From Octopus vulgaris (lineage: Eukaryota): DNA of 64,000 nt. Below the pieces are notes generated by a model. It was given only the letters and a program-made list of their open reading frames with translations, did no database searches and was not told the origin of the DNA. Below, piece by piece: positions 52,680 to 64,000 of this stretch. The stretch covers positions 41,912,001 through 41,976,000 of the forward strand of contig OX597818.1 in NCBI GenBank assembly GCA_951406725.2. The letters are read 5' to 3'. Positions within the stretch are counted from its first letter, which is position 1, and every line of letters begins with the position of its first letter. The position numbers and the translations under genes were made by a program.

Positions 52680-52919
52680 TAGGGCATGTTACATAACAAC
52701 AATTGAAAGAGAGGGGCTTTCTCCGTCCGGGTTGCGGATCCGTGGAATAAGCTGCCAGACGAGATGGTGAAGATGCCAACGACCGCTCGGTTCAAAGTCT
52801 CCCTTGACCTCAAGTGGCCTGAACTCTTTACATGAACACCACCCTGTACATAACTCCATGTCCCCCTACATGGCCTTGCTTTTTGCTTTTTGAGCCAAAA
52901 AATTAACTAACTAACTAAC
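52680..52919 (+). mobile_element. CR1-group LINE 3' end with (CTAA)n tail
   Basis: RGAFSVRVADPWNKLPDEMVKMPTTARFKVSLD motif. Confidence 0.85.
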
Positions 52920-53109
52920 AATGTATAAGAAGATGAAATATATGTAAATACATAATAAGGAGAGTGGAAAATTCAGTATGGATCTAGTAAGAGTTACCAT
53001 CTGTGCAAATTGTTCAGTGAGGGTGGGCACAGGTATAAATAGATTATATAAATTTGGTTTAAAAGATGTGTACTGACAGTTTGGTGAAAGGTCTATAGTA
53101 AACTTGAAG

Positions 53110-53449
53110 ATGCTGAGACCCCCTTCGGTCATGACTGACCATGGGATTGCACCTAGAAAGTTACCCTCCCAAGCACAAGTCCGGGCAAGGTTGTTTATGG
53201 AAGACCAGCAGTTTCCCATGCATACCGGCCTCCCCTCTCCATGCCACCAGTGTTATCTAAGGGAAAGGCAACGGCCGATACAGCTTGGCACCTGTGACGT
53301 CGCAACTCATTTCTACAGCTGAGTGAACTGGAGCAACATGAAATAAAGTGTCTTGCTCAAGAACACAACATGCAGCCCGGTCTGGGATTCGAACTCACAA
53401 CCTCACGATCGTAAGCTCGACGCTCTAACCACTGAGCCATGCGCCTTCA
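53110..53449 (-). mobile_element. tRNA-derived SINE family C
   Basis: GGCGCATGGCTCAGTGGTTAGAGC...GTTCGAATCCC head followed by gtgttcttgagcaagacac; degenerate copy at 56860-57105(+). Confidence 0.9.
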
Positions 53450-54599
53450 AGAAGATATCTGCAAAAATATGTGTATCACGTCTATAATATATATTTGAAG
53501 CTGAGTGAAAGAGAGCATTAAAAGGTGGTGAATTAAAAGACAAGAAGTAAAACAGGGTGAAATACAATAAATTAAAAAATAAAAAGAACTAGTGAAAATA
53601 AACGAACAAGGAAGATTCATAAGTGCAAAAAGATGTGTTGTGAAATCTTACAAGGGTACGCAATATTATTCAATGAGCAACATAAAGGTAAGTAGTATAA
53701 ATTTCTTTTGATGAGGATACGAAAAGACCAATTCTAATTTTGTAGATGTAATTGTTGCATCAGGATGTTCTATTCCTGTATTTCTTCTATAGATGGAATA
53801 ACATTCAAAGCTAATGATATATGCAGATTTGGATATAGGCAGATTTGATAACTGACCAGTACCAGTTGATACTGTAATTATGAAAACTATTGTCCTTGAA
53901 ATTCCAGAAGTACTTGGATAGTGTTGTTCTTTTTTTTTTTTGTCTTCATACTTGAATAAAGATTTATGCTGATTATACTTGGGTTGAAAGTATTCTGCAT
54001 AAGGCCTAATAAACTTCTTAGACTACCAATGATTGAGAGCTTAGCACAGTATATAACACTCTTTTGAAGATGTTTACTCTTTGAAGGACTGGAATTGCTG
54101 GTAGAGGTGAAATTTATGTGAGTACATTGACTCTAACTAAAGAAGAGGTGAAAATATCAGTACAACTTGAGACTCACTTATCAAAAATTTTATGAAACTT
54201 ATGGCTAAAAGGAAAATGTTTAGGACAGTAAAGGCAATGTCAGAGGATTCAAAATAAATGGTAGATTATAACATAAAACCATTTTTTTCTAGTATTATTA
54301 GAATTAGAAGTGCTCTGTCTGGGTATCTACTGAATTTTATTTGTGAAGACACTCCTGCTTAAAGCCTCATTATAAAATTCTGCAGTGCAATGCTTGTAAC
54401 AGGATGAGAGGTTCCTGCACTGGATGGGTGCAGCTTGCATCCTTTACATTAAATATTAATCAAAGAAAGAGTCAAAGAGTCAAGATTTTCCGTTAACTTC
54501 AACAGTATAAATATTTATTTCTCGATTCGCAATATGAACATTTCCTTCCTCTGGGCGAATCTTCAGCCTTGTAGTGATACCATCTTGGAAATCTCAAGC

Positions 54600-55410
54600 A
54601 CGCATGCAATAGATTCAGAGAGCCTACCAACAAAATTAACTCTAGCTTTCATATCTTGATGCAAAGCCCTGATCATGTTTACAAATTTTTCTGGGCAACC
54701 TATTTCCCTTAGAATTAGTCACAGAGCATTTCGATTAACAATATTGAATGCTTTGCTCAAATCAACAAAGCAATGGTATAGTGCAAGATTCTGTTCAGTG
54801 CACTTTTCTCGTAACTGTCTGAGAGTAAAGATACAATCAGCTGTGCCCCTGGAGGAACGAAAACCACACTGAAACTCAGTTCTCCAACAGTGACAAATTA
54901 ATACATTTAAGAGTTCAAACATTTTGTCACCCCCGTATTTCAAGACTTCTGTGTGGATACCATCAGACCTTGGAGACTTATTGCTATTCAGCTTATTCAC
55001 AGCTAAATAAATGTCATTTAGAGTTGGTTCAAATGCCATCTCTTCTATAACTGGAAAGTGTTCAATTTTTTCTCTTGTCCTCATGTAAACGGATGATGGT
55101 CTATTTAAAAGTGCAGAAAAATGTTCTACCCAATGCTTATGAATAAAAGAAAATGACCATTTGTCAGTCAAAAGAAAATGACCATTTGCTGTTGTCACTA
55201 GAGCTACTGAAGAAGATTTTGGGCCATATACCTCCTGAACATAAGAGTACAAACCCTTGGCATCATTTCTATAAGCTGCTTCTTGTGCCACTTTTGTTCT
55301 ATCATTCCACCTTTCCTGTTTAATTTTCCTTACAGCAGTCTGCACTTTTCCTTTCAGCTTTCTGTAAGCTTCGTTTGAGTGGGGGTTCAAGGACTGAGAA
55401 AGAAGTATAT
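54600..55410 (-). mobile_element. RTE (BovB-like) ORF fragment with internal deletion
   Basis: W.EHFS.LLN, KSP..DGI..EVLK, QCGFR..RGT.D.IF.LRQL.EKC.EQ and FVDL.KAF motifs; the K.KG..C.NYRGI block is missing. Confidence 0.92.
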
Positions 55411-55626
55411 TGCCTACATACATACACATACACACGCACACACACATATATATATATACATATATACATATACATATACATGCATATACATATATATATA
55501 TATATATATACATATATACATATATATATACATATATACATATATATACATATATACATATACATATATACATATACATATATACATTTATATATACATA
55601 TATATATATATACATTTATATATACA

Positions 55627-55667
<41 letters not shown>

Positions 55668-55866
55668 ACACATATAAATATACACATATAAATATATATA
55701 TATATATATATATAGATATATATACATCAATATATATATATATGTACATACACACACACACACATATGTATGTATATATATATATATCTATATATCTATA
55801 TATATATATTACGGAGATGTACTTGCATAGCAAGTGACCTGATCTGAGATCGTGTGCTGGAACAAT

Positions 55867-56054
55867 CTGTTCACTGAGCTGTTCACTGACAAAATTCCAT
55901 GCTGCACAGAGATGCAGCACAGGATTTTGTCAGTGAACAGGTCGTGGTCTCAAAGCGACGAAAATATCTTGACAAATTAAATTTAAATGTTGAAGTGAAT
56001 CTAACAAATTTTTCTGTGTTTCTTAAATGGCTTATAAACACCTTCCACACTGCA

Positions 56055-56058
<4 letters not shown>
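55867..56058 (+). mobile_element. Penelope-like repeat with the best-paired G3:C8 hammerhead variant and a short fold-back arm
   Basis: UUUGUCA GUGAACA G GUCGU-GGUCUCAAA-GCGAC GAAA AUAUC U UGACAAA at 55926-55976; inverted arm at 55879-55907. Confidence 0.7.
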
Positions 56059-56130
<72 letters not shown>

Positions 56131-56463
56131 CATATATATATGTATATATACACACACACATATATATATATACATATATAGTGAGTGAGTGAGTGAGTGT
56201 ACGCGTGCGTTATATCACGTATGCAATAATGTTCATTCATTTAAATCTGAAAAGAATCCCTTTTAAGGTAGTGAAATATCAGCAGATAAAGCTAGCAGTG
56301 TTAATCTCCTTGCAAGAGCATTCAGTTGAAAGTTCTAAAATTAGAACAGTATTCAAATGGAAGTCCTAAAATGTGTTAATTAACCAACAGACAACAGCCA
56401 ACAATGTTTTAGATATAAATGTCGACTCCAGCTAACGACAATGAAAGAGACAGGTAAACTTAC

Positions 56464-56547
56464 CTCTGAACATCCGCTTGTGGCAAACTAGCGTAAACAT
56501 GAGTCATTTCTACCATGTCAGCAACTTCCCAGCCATTTGTCAAGAAT
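56464..56547 (-). CDS. LCMT1: LCMT1 coding exon (84 nt, phase 2 to 2)
   Basis: ctttag|ATT...CAGAG|gtaagt. Encodes (R)FLTNGWEVADMVEMTHVYASLPQADVQ(R); frame is continuous with both neighbours. Confidence 0.95.
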
Positions 56548-59361
56548 CTAAAGCAACAGATTATAATTAGTAAATTAGCTGTTTAATTACATCCAGTGCC
56601 TGGTAAATAACACAAGAAAAGAAATAACAATTTCCTCCATAGTTTGATAGGAAATGGCAAATTAATTGTGAGATGTTCATGCTTTTCTCCCAAGGCTATT
56701 GCTGATGTAAGTGAAATGATATTAATTACAATGAAGAAGCAAAACTGGTTTACACAGTTTACCAGAAACTTAATTACTGAACCCTATTTGAATTCTTGCA
56801 AGAGACACAAGAATTATTGAGGAAGCAAGTATTGTAGAACCTTATAACAAACTAGGTGGAGGCACATTGCATAGTGGTTAGGGTGTTGCACTCATAATCT
56901 TAAGATTGAGGTTTCAATTCCTGCTAATGCATTTCAAGACCAGGTAATGCATCGTATTCTTGAGCAAATAACTTCATTGCACACTGCACTCAGCTGGAAA
57001 AAACGAGTAATCTGATGGAGGGTTGGTGTCTTATCCAGTGGAGGAATTTACATACTACGGAATCTGGGAAACCAGTGTTATGAGTCCGTGGCTCAGGATA
57101 GGCCTTTGGTCCTTTTTTCTTTTTGTTTTTTGATAACAAACTATATCGTCTATAGGTGCAAAAATGTCTGTGTGGTTAAGCACAAAAGAGGTTTTGTGAA
57201 GCCTTCCCCAACACCTTATTTTTTAACACCTATACTTCCACCAAATCTTTTAACTACAATACTTCTCACTCAGGTGCTATAAATAATACCATTTATCTCC
57301 TTACACTTCACATTATATCCCTACTACTGTCCCTTATCAATCCCCCTCTTCCCGATCCACTCCTATTTCCTTTCCATTATTTCTCCTCTCCCAGACTGAT
57401 ATTCACTGTGTCCACCTCAATTCCCACCTCAATCTCCATCATCCACTATGCTCTTTTCACATGCCAACACTTGTCTACAATCACCTTTTTTTTGTTCCTT
57501 TTCCCTTATTCTTTCACTCATATCCACCTAGTATCTTTAGGACAAGGCTAGCCAAACTGAGGCTTTTATCTAGTGGTCAGCATGATACTTTCTTGAAGTA
57601 TTGTGTTTAATTTCAAAATAAAATTGCTTGTGTAAAACATTTGTTTCAAAATAAATTAAAAATTTATAAGTGGCAAGAAAGCAATAGCTTACAATTTTAT
57701 AAATTTAAACAAATGAAAAGTTTGAAAAATTCTTGATTCTGTAATTTGATTATTTGATTATGAGGGCATGAAGTATACAAGCGGACCTCAGAAAACTTTC
57801 TGTGATTAAAGTGGCCTGCAATATAATTCAAGTTAGCCAGGCCTGCTATAGGATATATCTTCATTAACCCTCTTTCTCCCTCTCTCTTTCCAACTGGGAA
57901 AGGCATATTTTCACCTCTTCAGTAAGACAGAAACTCCTGTCCTTCTTTCATACTTTTACATTCTTCAAAAGTATAGTCCACTCTGTTGAGGGGGTCTTGT
58001 CTTGTAAGTACTTCATCAACTCACTAATGCTGGTGCCATAGAAAAAAGGACCTCAGTACACTCTTTAAAGAAGTTTGCATTAGAAAGGGCATCCAGCCAT
58101 AAGAATCACGAAAAGCAGACATTTAAGCTCTGTGGTACAGCTCTCTGGCTATTTGGTTCCTGTCAAACCGTCCAACCCATGCCAGCATGGAAAAAGGAAT
58201 GTTAAATGATGATGATGATATATGACTTTATATAAATAATGCTTGTGTAAGCATTCTTGTTTTTATCTGTGAGTCATCATAATCAGGATTGTTTAACATC
58301 CGCCTTCCATGTTGGCATGGGTTGGATGGTTTGACAGAAGCTGGACAGGCAGAGGACTGCACCAAACTTCTGTGTCTGTTGTGGCATGGTTTTTTTTTAT
58401 GGCTGGACGCCCTTTCTAACACAAATCACCCTGCAGAATGGATTGAGTGCTTTTTACACAACTTGCAGGACAAAGAACCTTTGAGAGGGGAGGGGCATTG
58501 GAGGAGGTGATCTTGTGTCAGATGATAAAAAGGTTAGAATGCAACAGAGAGACAGAGTATTTGTGTGTATATGTTATTTATCACAACAGATTTTTTTTTA
58601 CATATATATCTACACATGCACATACATGTATAAGAGATAAAGACACTTGCAGACCCCACCATTCTACACCATACTAGTGTAGAAAACATCAGCTGTTGCT
58701 CAAGAATGCCCACGAGATACTTCAATCTAATGAAACATGTTGTCACAGAAACTGTATGAAACATCTTTATACAAACCAAGATCATCACAGAAAGAGAATA
58801 CATCTAAGCATTTAAAAACATATTTACGTAACATTTCAATAAAAACAATATTGTTCTCTGGGACATTTAATAAAATCAGTGAACTATTTTAGGGATCAGC
58901 TGTCAAGCAAATGTGAATATATCTTGTCTTAAAGGACAGAGAAGATTTAAGGTCTACAGTGAATTACTGCAAAATCTACAGCTTTTTAGCTAAATTCTGT
59001 TGTGTCTGGAGAGAGTCATTTTCTTTTTGTGCCTTACAATTTAACACACTCACCTAAAAATCTTCATAAATAATGAACCATCATTACTGACTTGATTATG
59101 AAACAAGATTTATGTAGAAACTTTGATAAGATTCTCAAGAGAAAAAAAACTATTAACATCCTGAATATCTGCTCAATCAGTGGTATAATGATATAATGAA
59201 GATTTATGAAGCATTCTTCAAACGTTTTTCATTTGGCTTCCGTAGAAGCACATGTCTATAAACACTTGGCTGCACAAATACCTAGAGTTACCTTGACACA
59301 AACAAATTAACCAAGTCATTGTGTTGGTAATCAAATTTAATTATGTTAATAATAATAATAA

Positions 59362-59717
59362 CTAGCAGCTGTATATGCATGTTAGTGCATGCATATACAG
59401 CTGCGTGCGTGTGCACATATACGCGAGTACTGTCCAAATCTCCGACCAATCACATACAGCTAGCTGGCATTCAATTGGCGTATCAAGTTTCGGGCGTTTT
59501 GATTGGGTTTTGGATAGAAAATTCACAAAAAAGTCACTTCTATTGATTTTTTTAATGGTTTTGCGGGGTGGCTGGGGAAATGTAAAGATATGCACGACCA
59601 CCCTTGGACAGTTTTAAATGACCATAGAAAGTGCGAGCCCTCAAACTGAAAAATTGTGGATTTGTATAAAGGATATATACACACAGACAGACATTTTGCT
59701 ATTTATATATATAGAGA
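59362..59717 (-). mobile_element. Non-autonomous Helitron-like element
   Basis: Minus strand TC(TCTATATA) start, CTAG end, A|T target; 17-bp perfect hairpin near the 3' end. Confidence 0.7.
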
Positions 59718-59875
59718 TAATAATAATAATAATAATAATAACTACACTCACGGAGTGGTTGGCGTTAGGAAGGGCATCCAGCCGTAGAAACACTGCCAGA
59801 TCTGACGAAGCCTTCCAGCTTCACAGACCCCAGTTGAACCGTCCAACCCATGCTAGCATGGAAAGCGGACGCTAA

Positions 59876-59937
<62 letters not shown>

Positions 59938-62119
59938 AATAATAATAATAATAATAATAGCAGCAGCAGTAGTAGTAAGAAGAAGAAGAGAAAGGGAGAG
60001 AGGGGGGAGAGAGGGAGGGAGAGAGAGAGAGAGTGAATTTGGCAGAAGAATGAGATATTAGTACATTTTATCTCAAATTCTAATAGAGACTGAACTTGTT
60101 TTCTGTTACTTAAGGACAACAATACAGAGTTGAAAAAAACATTAAAACTGAAAGAAAACATGAGATAAAATGTAATGTAAAAAATTATATCCATTGTTAA
60201 TAAATGATTAATAAATTATTAATATGAATTCTTAATGTCCTGCTTTGTCATACAAAGTGGTTGAATTGTCAGTCCACTAGCTAATTGCTTCTTGATTTTT
60301 ATTGAACAAGTGGCACTGTGCCATTGGCAGAGATATATACTTTTAAATGTTGTATTATAAGTAGGGCTCCAAACAGAAGTACAATACACTGCTGTGAACT
60401 GTGAGACATTGTATAATTGATGAATGCTTCATTAGTGTACAGTGCTAAACTCAACATTTGAAATTAATGCAGTTTTTGGACGAAAAGAATCCATTCATTT
60501 AAGCAAAATTGCCGTTGTAGTACAAAAGATGAAAAGTGTATAGGTTAGTAAGAATAGACTTATAAATGCTCATCTTTTTGTACTAACTTCAACCAGATTT
60601 TTTTAGTACTAGTTTTTATTTGTACAAGGAAGATCAGAAAAGTGAGAAACAGTTCTTTTATTTCTTTCAGTAATTTGACTGTGGCCATGCTGGAGCACTG
60701 CCGTTAGTCGAACAAATCAACCCCAGAATTTATTCTTTGTAGGCCTAGTACTTATTCTATCAGTCTCTTAGGCCAAACTGTTAAGTTATGGGGATATAAA
60801 CATGCCAACATTGGTTAAGTGATGGTGGGGGGGGAGAAACACAGACACACAAATACATACACACATATATATATATATATACATATACAACAGGCTTCTT
60901 TCAGTTTCCGTCTACCAAGTCCACTCACAAGGCTTTGGTCAGCACAAGGCTATAGTAGAAGATACTTGCCCAAGGTGACATGCAGTGGGTCTGAACCCGG
61001 AACCATGTGGTTGGGAAGCAAGCTTCTTACCACACAGCCACTCCTGCACCTACAGATTATTTTTTATTGATATAGAGCCTGGAAAATTGCATGTTAGGCC
61101 AATGTGAAAATATAATAGAGGAAGAAGATGAGATAGTCCAAATAATGGAGAATAACATATAATGTGTGGTTTTGCAAAAAAGAGGCAGAGCATGAGTGAC
61201 TAAGAACAGCAAAGTTATTGCAGTGAGTTAATTTAAATGAAGCTGGAGTACAACAACCATGATTTGAAGAATAAGATTAAGGCGGCGAGCTGGCAGAAAC
61301 GTTAGCACGCCGGGCAAAATACTTAGCGGTATTTCGTCTGCTGTTACGTTCTGAGTTCAAATTCTGTCGAGGTCGACTTTGCCTTTCATCCTTTCGGGGT
61401 CGGTAAATTAAGTACCAGCTATGCACTGGGGTCGATGTAATCGACTCAATCCGTTTGTCTGTCCTTGTTTGTCCCCTCTATGTTTAGCTCCTTGTGGGCA
61501 ATAAATAAATATGATTTGAAGAATAAGTAAATTACAATATTGATAGAAAAGACAGAGTAATGCTACAACTTAATAGAAGGTTTGTCAATGAAACAAACAG
61601 CTTTTTATGAACATGAAGGTGTGCCAGCCAAGGTTTATATGTACAGTATATGTCTATTAAGCTCAGATGTCCCAGGAAACAGATGAGAAATAAATCTTCT
61701 CCTGGACAGGACACCAGTCTACCACAAATCATATTTCTAAATGATCTACTATTTATTCTTGCCAGTCAAGTCAAATGGTGTAATTTAGTATAAAATGTTC
61801 TTCCCAGAAACACAACAAAATACAGATCTGAACTCATAACCCTTATACTGGTAGTTCAATATCCTATCTATTTAACCATTACACTTTACTATATATAAAT
61901 CCATAAACACCACACTAAACATTTTTCCCATTCATCCATCTCCAGATTTACAGACTTGTGGAATTCTCTCCCAGTTTAAGTTTTCCACAGAAGGCATTAA
62001 CCTAGAGCTGTTGAAGTTGACCATCAACCACAGTGAACTAACTACTCCAGGAAGGCCTGCAAAATTCATAGAAGCTGTCTTCCTTCTCTGATAAAACAAT
62101 AAAAAAGTTGAAAAGTTAC

Positions 62120-62229
62120 CTTTGAGTTTGGGACTGGAAATCTGTACAAGCACTTACACCAGGCAAATCACATTGACGAGCTTTCAGATTACAGATCATA
62201 ATCTGACCAAATTTATCATTCATATGAAC
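62120..62229 (-). CDS. LCMT1: LCMT1 coding exon (110 nt, phase 0 to 2)
   Basis: ttttag|GTT...AAAG|gtaact. Encodes VHMNDKFGQIMICNLKARQCDLPGVSACTDFQSQTQ(R), the D(R/K)FGQIM..NL motif. Not in the ORF track. Confidence 0.95.
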
Positions 62230-63286
62230 CTAAAAGCAGAATGAAAAATATAAGAACATTCTACACTGTATATTACTGAATTATATCACTCTGAGATTAA
62301 TTCATTTTAATCAACACTGGCAGATAGATTAATGAAATGTTTCTAGAAATTCTAAATTATTTAACTGTTTTCATAGACATTAAATTATGAATAACTGGTT
62401 ACTGTCTCCAGAGACATGAGTATGCACTGTAATTCTTTCAACTATAGGCACAAGGCCTGAAATTTTGGGGGAGGGGTCAGTCAATTATATTGCCCCCAGT
62501 ACTTGACTGGTACATATTTCATTGACCCTGAAAGGGTGAAAGGAAAAGTCAACATTCCTAGAATCCTAAGATTTGAAATCATTCATAATCTATCAAAAAC
62601 CTTAATAATTACATACTACACTGTACATTCTTGTGGTACCTGTTTACAGCTAGGTGGACTGAGCCATGAAATTAAAGAGCCTAGATCAATACCACAACAC
62701 AGTACTGGTGATCGGATTCAAACTATTAGCCTTTCAGCTGCCAAACTAAACTTTCTTGACTCAAAAAACTGTGCCTCTAATTGAATTGATTACCAGACAA
62801 ATCTCTGGTTAAAGGTCATTATATAGAATTATGGAAGTGTTTTGAGAAAAATTATCTAAGTATTACATTAAAGATCAAAATCACTCTTGAATGCATTCCA
62901 TTTTAAATTATTTTAACTTTTGGGATTGTCTCTCATGTCTTGCTTGACCAGAATTAATTGTTAAGCTATTGATTTAGTTCACTATATTTAGTATGTTAGC
63001 ACTGATGTATATACAAAATTACAGCTAAATCAGTTGTGGCTACTGGTAAGATTTAGTAAATAACATTTATGGGAGAAAATAAACTTATATTATATCATAT
63101 AATTAGCTACATGGTGGATACGAATTTTCAGAACAAAGACTAAATGCATCACCAAATCATTGAGTCAGGTACATAATAATACATTAATTACTGAAAATAT
63201 CAACATCAACAAATTAGTGTTTGAAATCTGATTCTTTTTTAATTTGATAATATTAATTAAAGAGGGATTTCACTCAAATGTTTTAC

Positions 63287-63528
63287 CTGTTCATAGTTAA
63301 TGAAAAAGGCAGTTTGGAAGTTGTCAGCAATCCATTTGATCAAATTATTTGAATGGTTAGTCTCCATATATACAAGAACACACTCGGTAACAAATACAGT
63401 TGGCAACGTGTAGTCAACATTACAAGACTTCAGTTTGGCTTCTAACTCATTCACATTCCGAAGGTCAGCACCAATTAAATGATAAATATCACTATGAAGA
63501 TCATAATGATCAAATTTGATTTCACCAT
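63287..63528 (-). CDS. LCMT1: LCMT1 internal coding exon (first visible; upstream exons lie beyond the window)
   Basis: Acceptor tttcag| and donor |gtaaaa. Encodes (D)GEIKFDHYDLHSDIYHLIGADLRNVNELEAKLKSCNVDYTLPTVFVTECVLVYMETNHSNNLIKWIADNFQTAFFINYEQ; the GADLR, PT..ECVLVYM and FINYEQ motifs match LCMT1/Ppm1. Confidence 0.96.
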
Positions 63529-64000
63529 CTGAAATTAAATGAAGAGCTTTTATTTATACAACATCAACATCACATCACAACTACTTCCCAAATATGAAAT
63601 AGCACTGAAAAATGTGTGAAAAACAAAACAAAACAAAAACCCACCACCACCGCTGCCACCACCACCACCACCATCTTTATATTATGAAGTAAGCAGTGAT
63701 AAAAGCAAGTATCTATGAGCTTAGAGAAATTTTGCTTTTCATAATCTGTTGTCAACTAACTAAAACATCTGGGATCAAAAATGAAATTCTGAGGCCAAAA
63801 TGGGAGAAAATTTGACTAAAAAAAGATGAAAATTTATGCAAGCAATGATTAAAAGTAAATTATTTTCAAATTTCTCATATTTTGAAACATTTTTTAGAGT
63901 GTCATAATCTGTTGATCATTTTAGAGGGAATTAATCAATGGGAAATATAAGGAGATAGGTTGTCATCAAAAGCATTATAAAGTGGTTTAATGATGATGAT

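Noticed and set aside
52905-52919. (CTAA)n as an interstitial telomeric repeat
   Set aside because: It is the simple-repeat tail of a CR1-group LINE.
53370-53446. tRNA-like sequence
   Set aside because: Head of a SINE running into body and tail; no proper acceptor stem.
54525-54575. Minus-strand CUGAAGA...GAAAUGUU hammerhead-like motif; isolated CTGATGA also at ~27428, ~34505 and ~42252
   Set aside because: Helices I and III cannot be closed convincingly; may be decayed copies but not supportable from single instances.

Overview
AT-rich, microsatellite-dense eukaryotic genomic DNA; the SINE/LINE families and repeat style point to an octopus (inference). Almost all ORF-track entries are microsatellite or transposon artefacts. 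One host gene is well supported: the last four coding exons of LCMT1 (PP2A leucine carboxyl methyltransferase) on the minus strand (63528-49315), with GT/AG splice sites and a continuous reading frame. A single CpG-rich, NRF1/ETS-motif promoter-like island lies at ~39.15-39.55 kb with no coding exon I could link to it. The rest is mobile DNA: tRNA-SINEs, RTE, CR1 and R4/Dong LINE pieces, piggyBac with its MITEs, mariner, a maT-like element, hAT and Helitrons. The most notable signal is a set of self-cleaving ribozyme folds inside the repeats. At least four families of minimal hammerhead motifs sit in Penelope-like, often fold-back, insertions in (TA)n tracts; one carries a compensatory G3:C8 core swap in several copies and one has a very long helix II. 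An HDV-like fold sits at the 5' end of a short RTE derivative. All folds were read by eye and none has been tested for activity.
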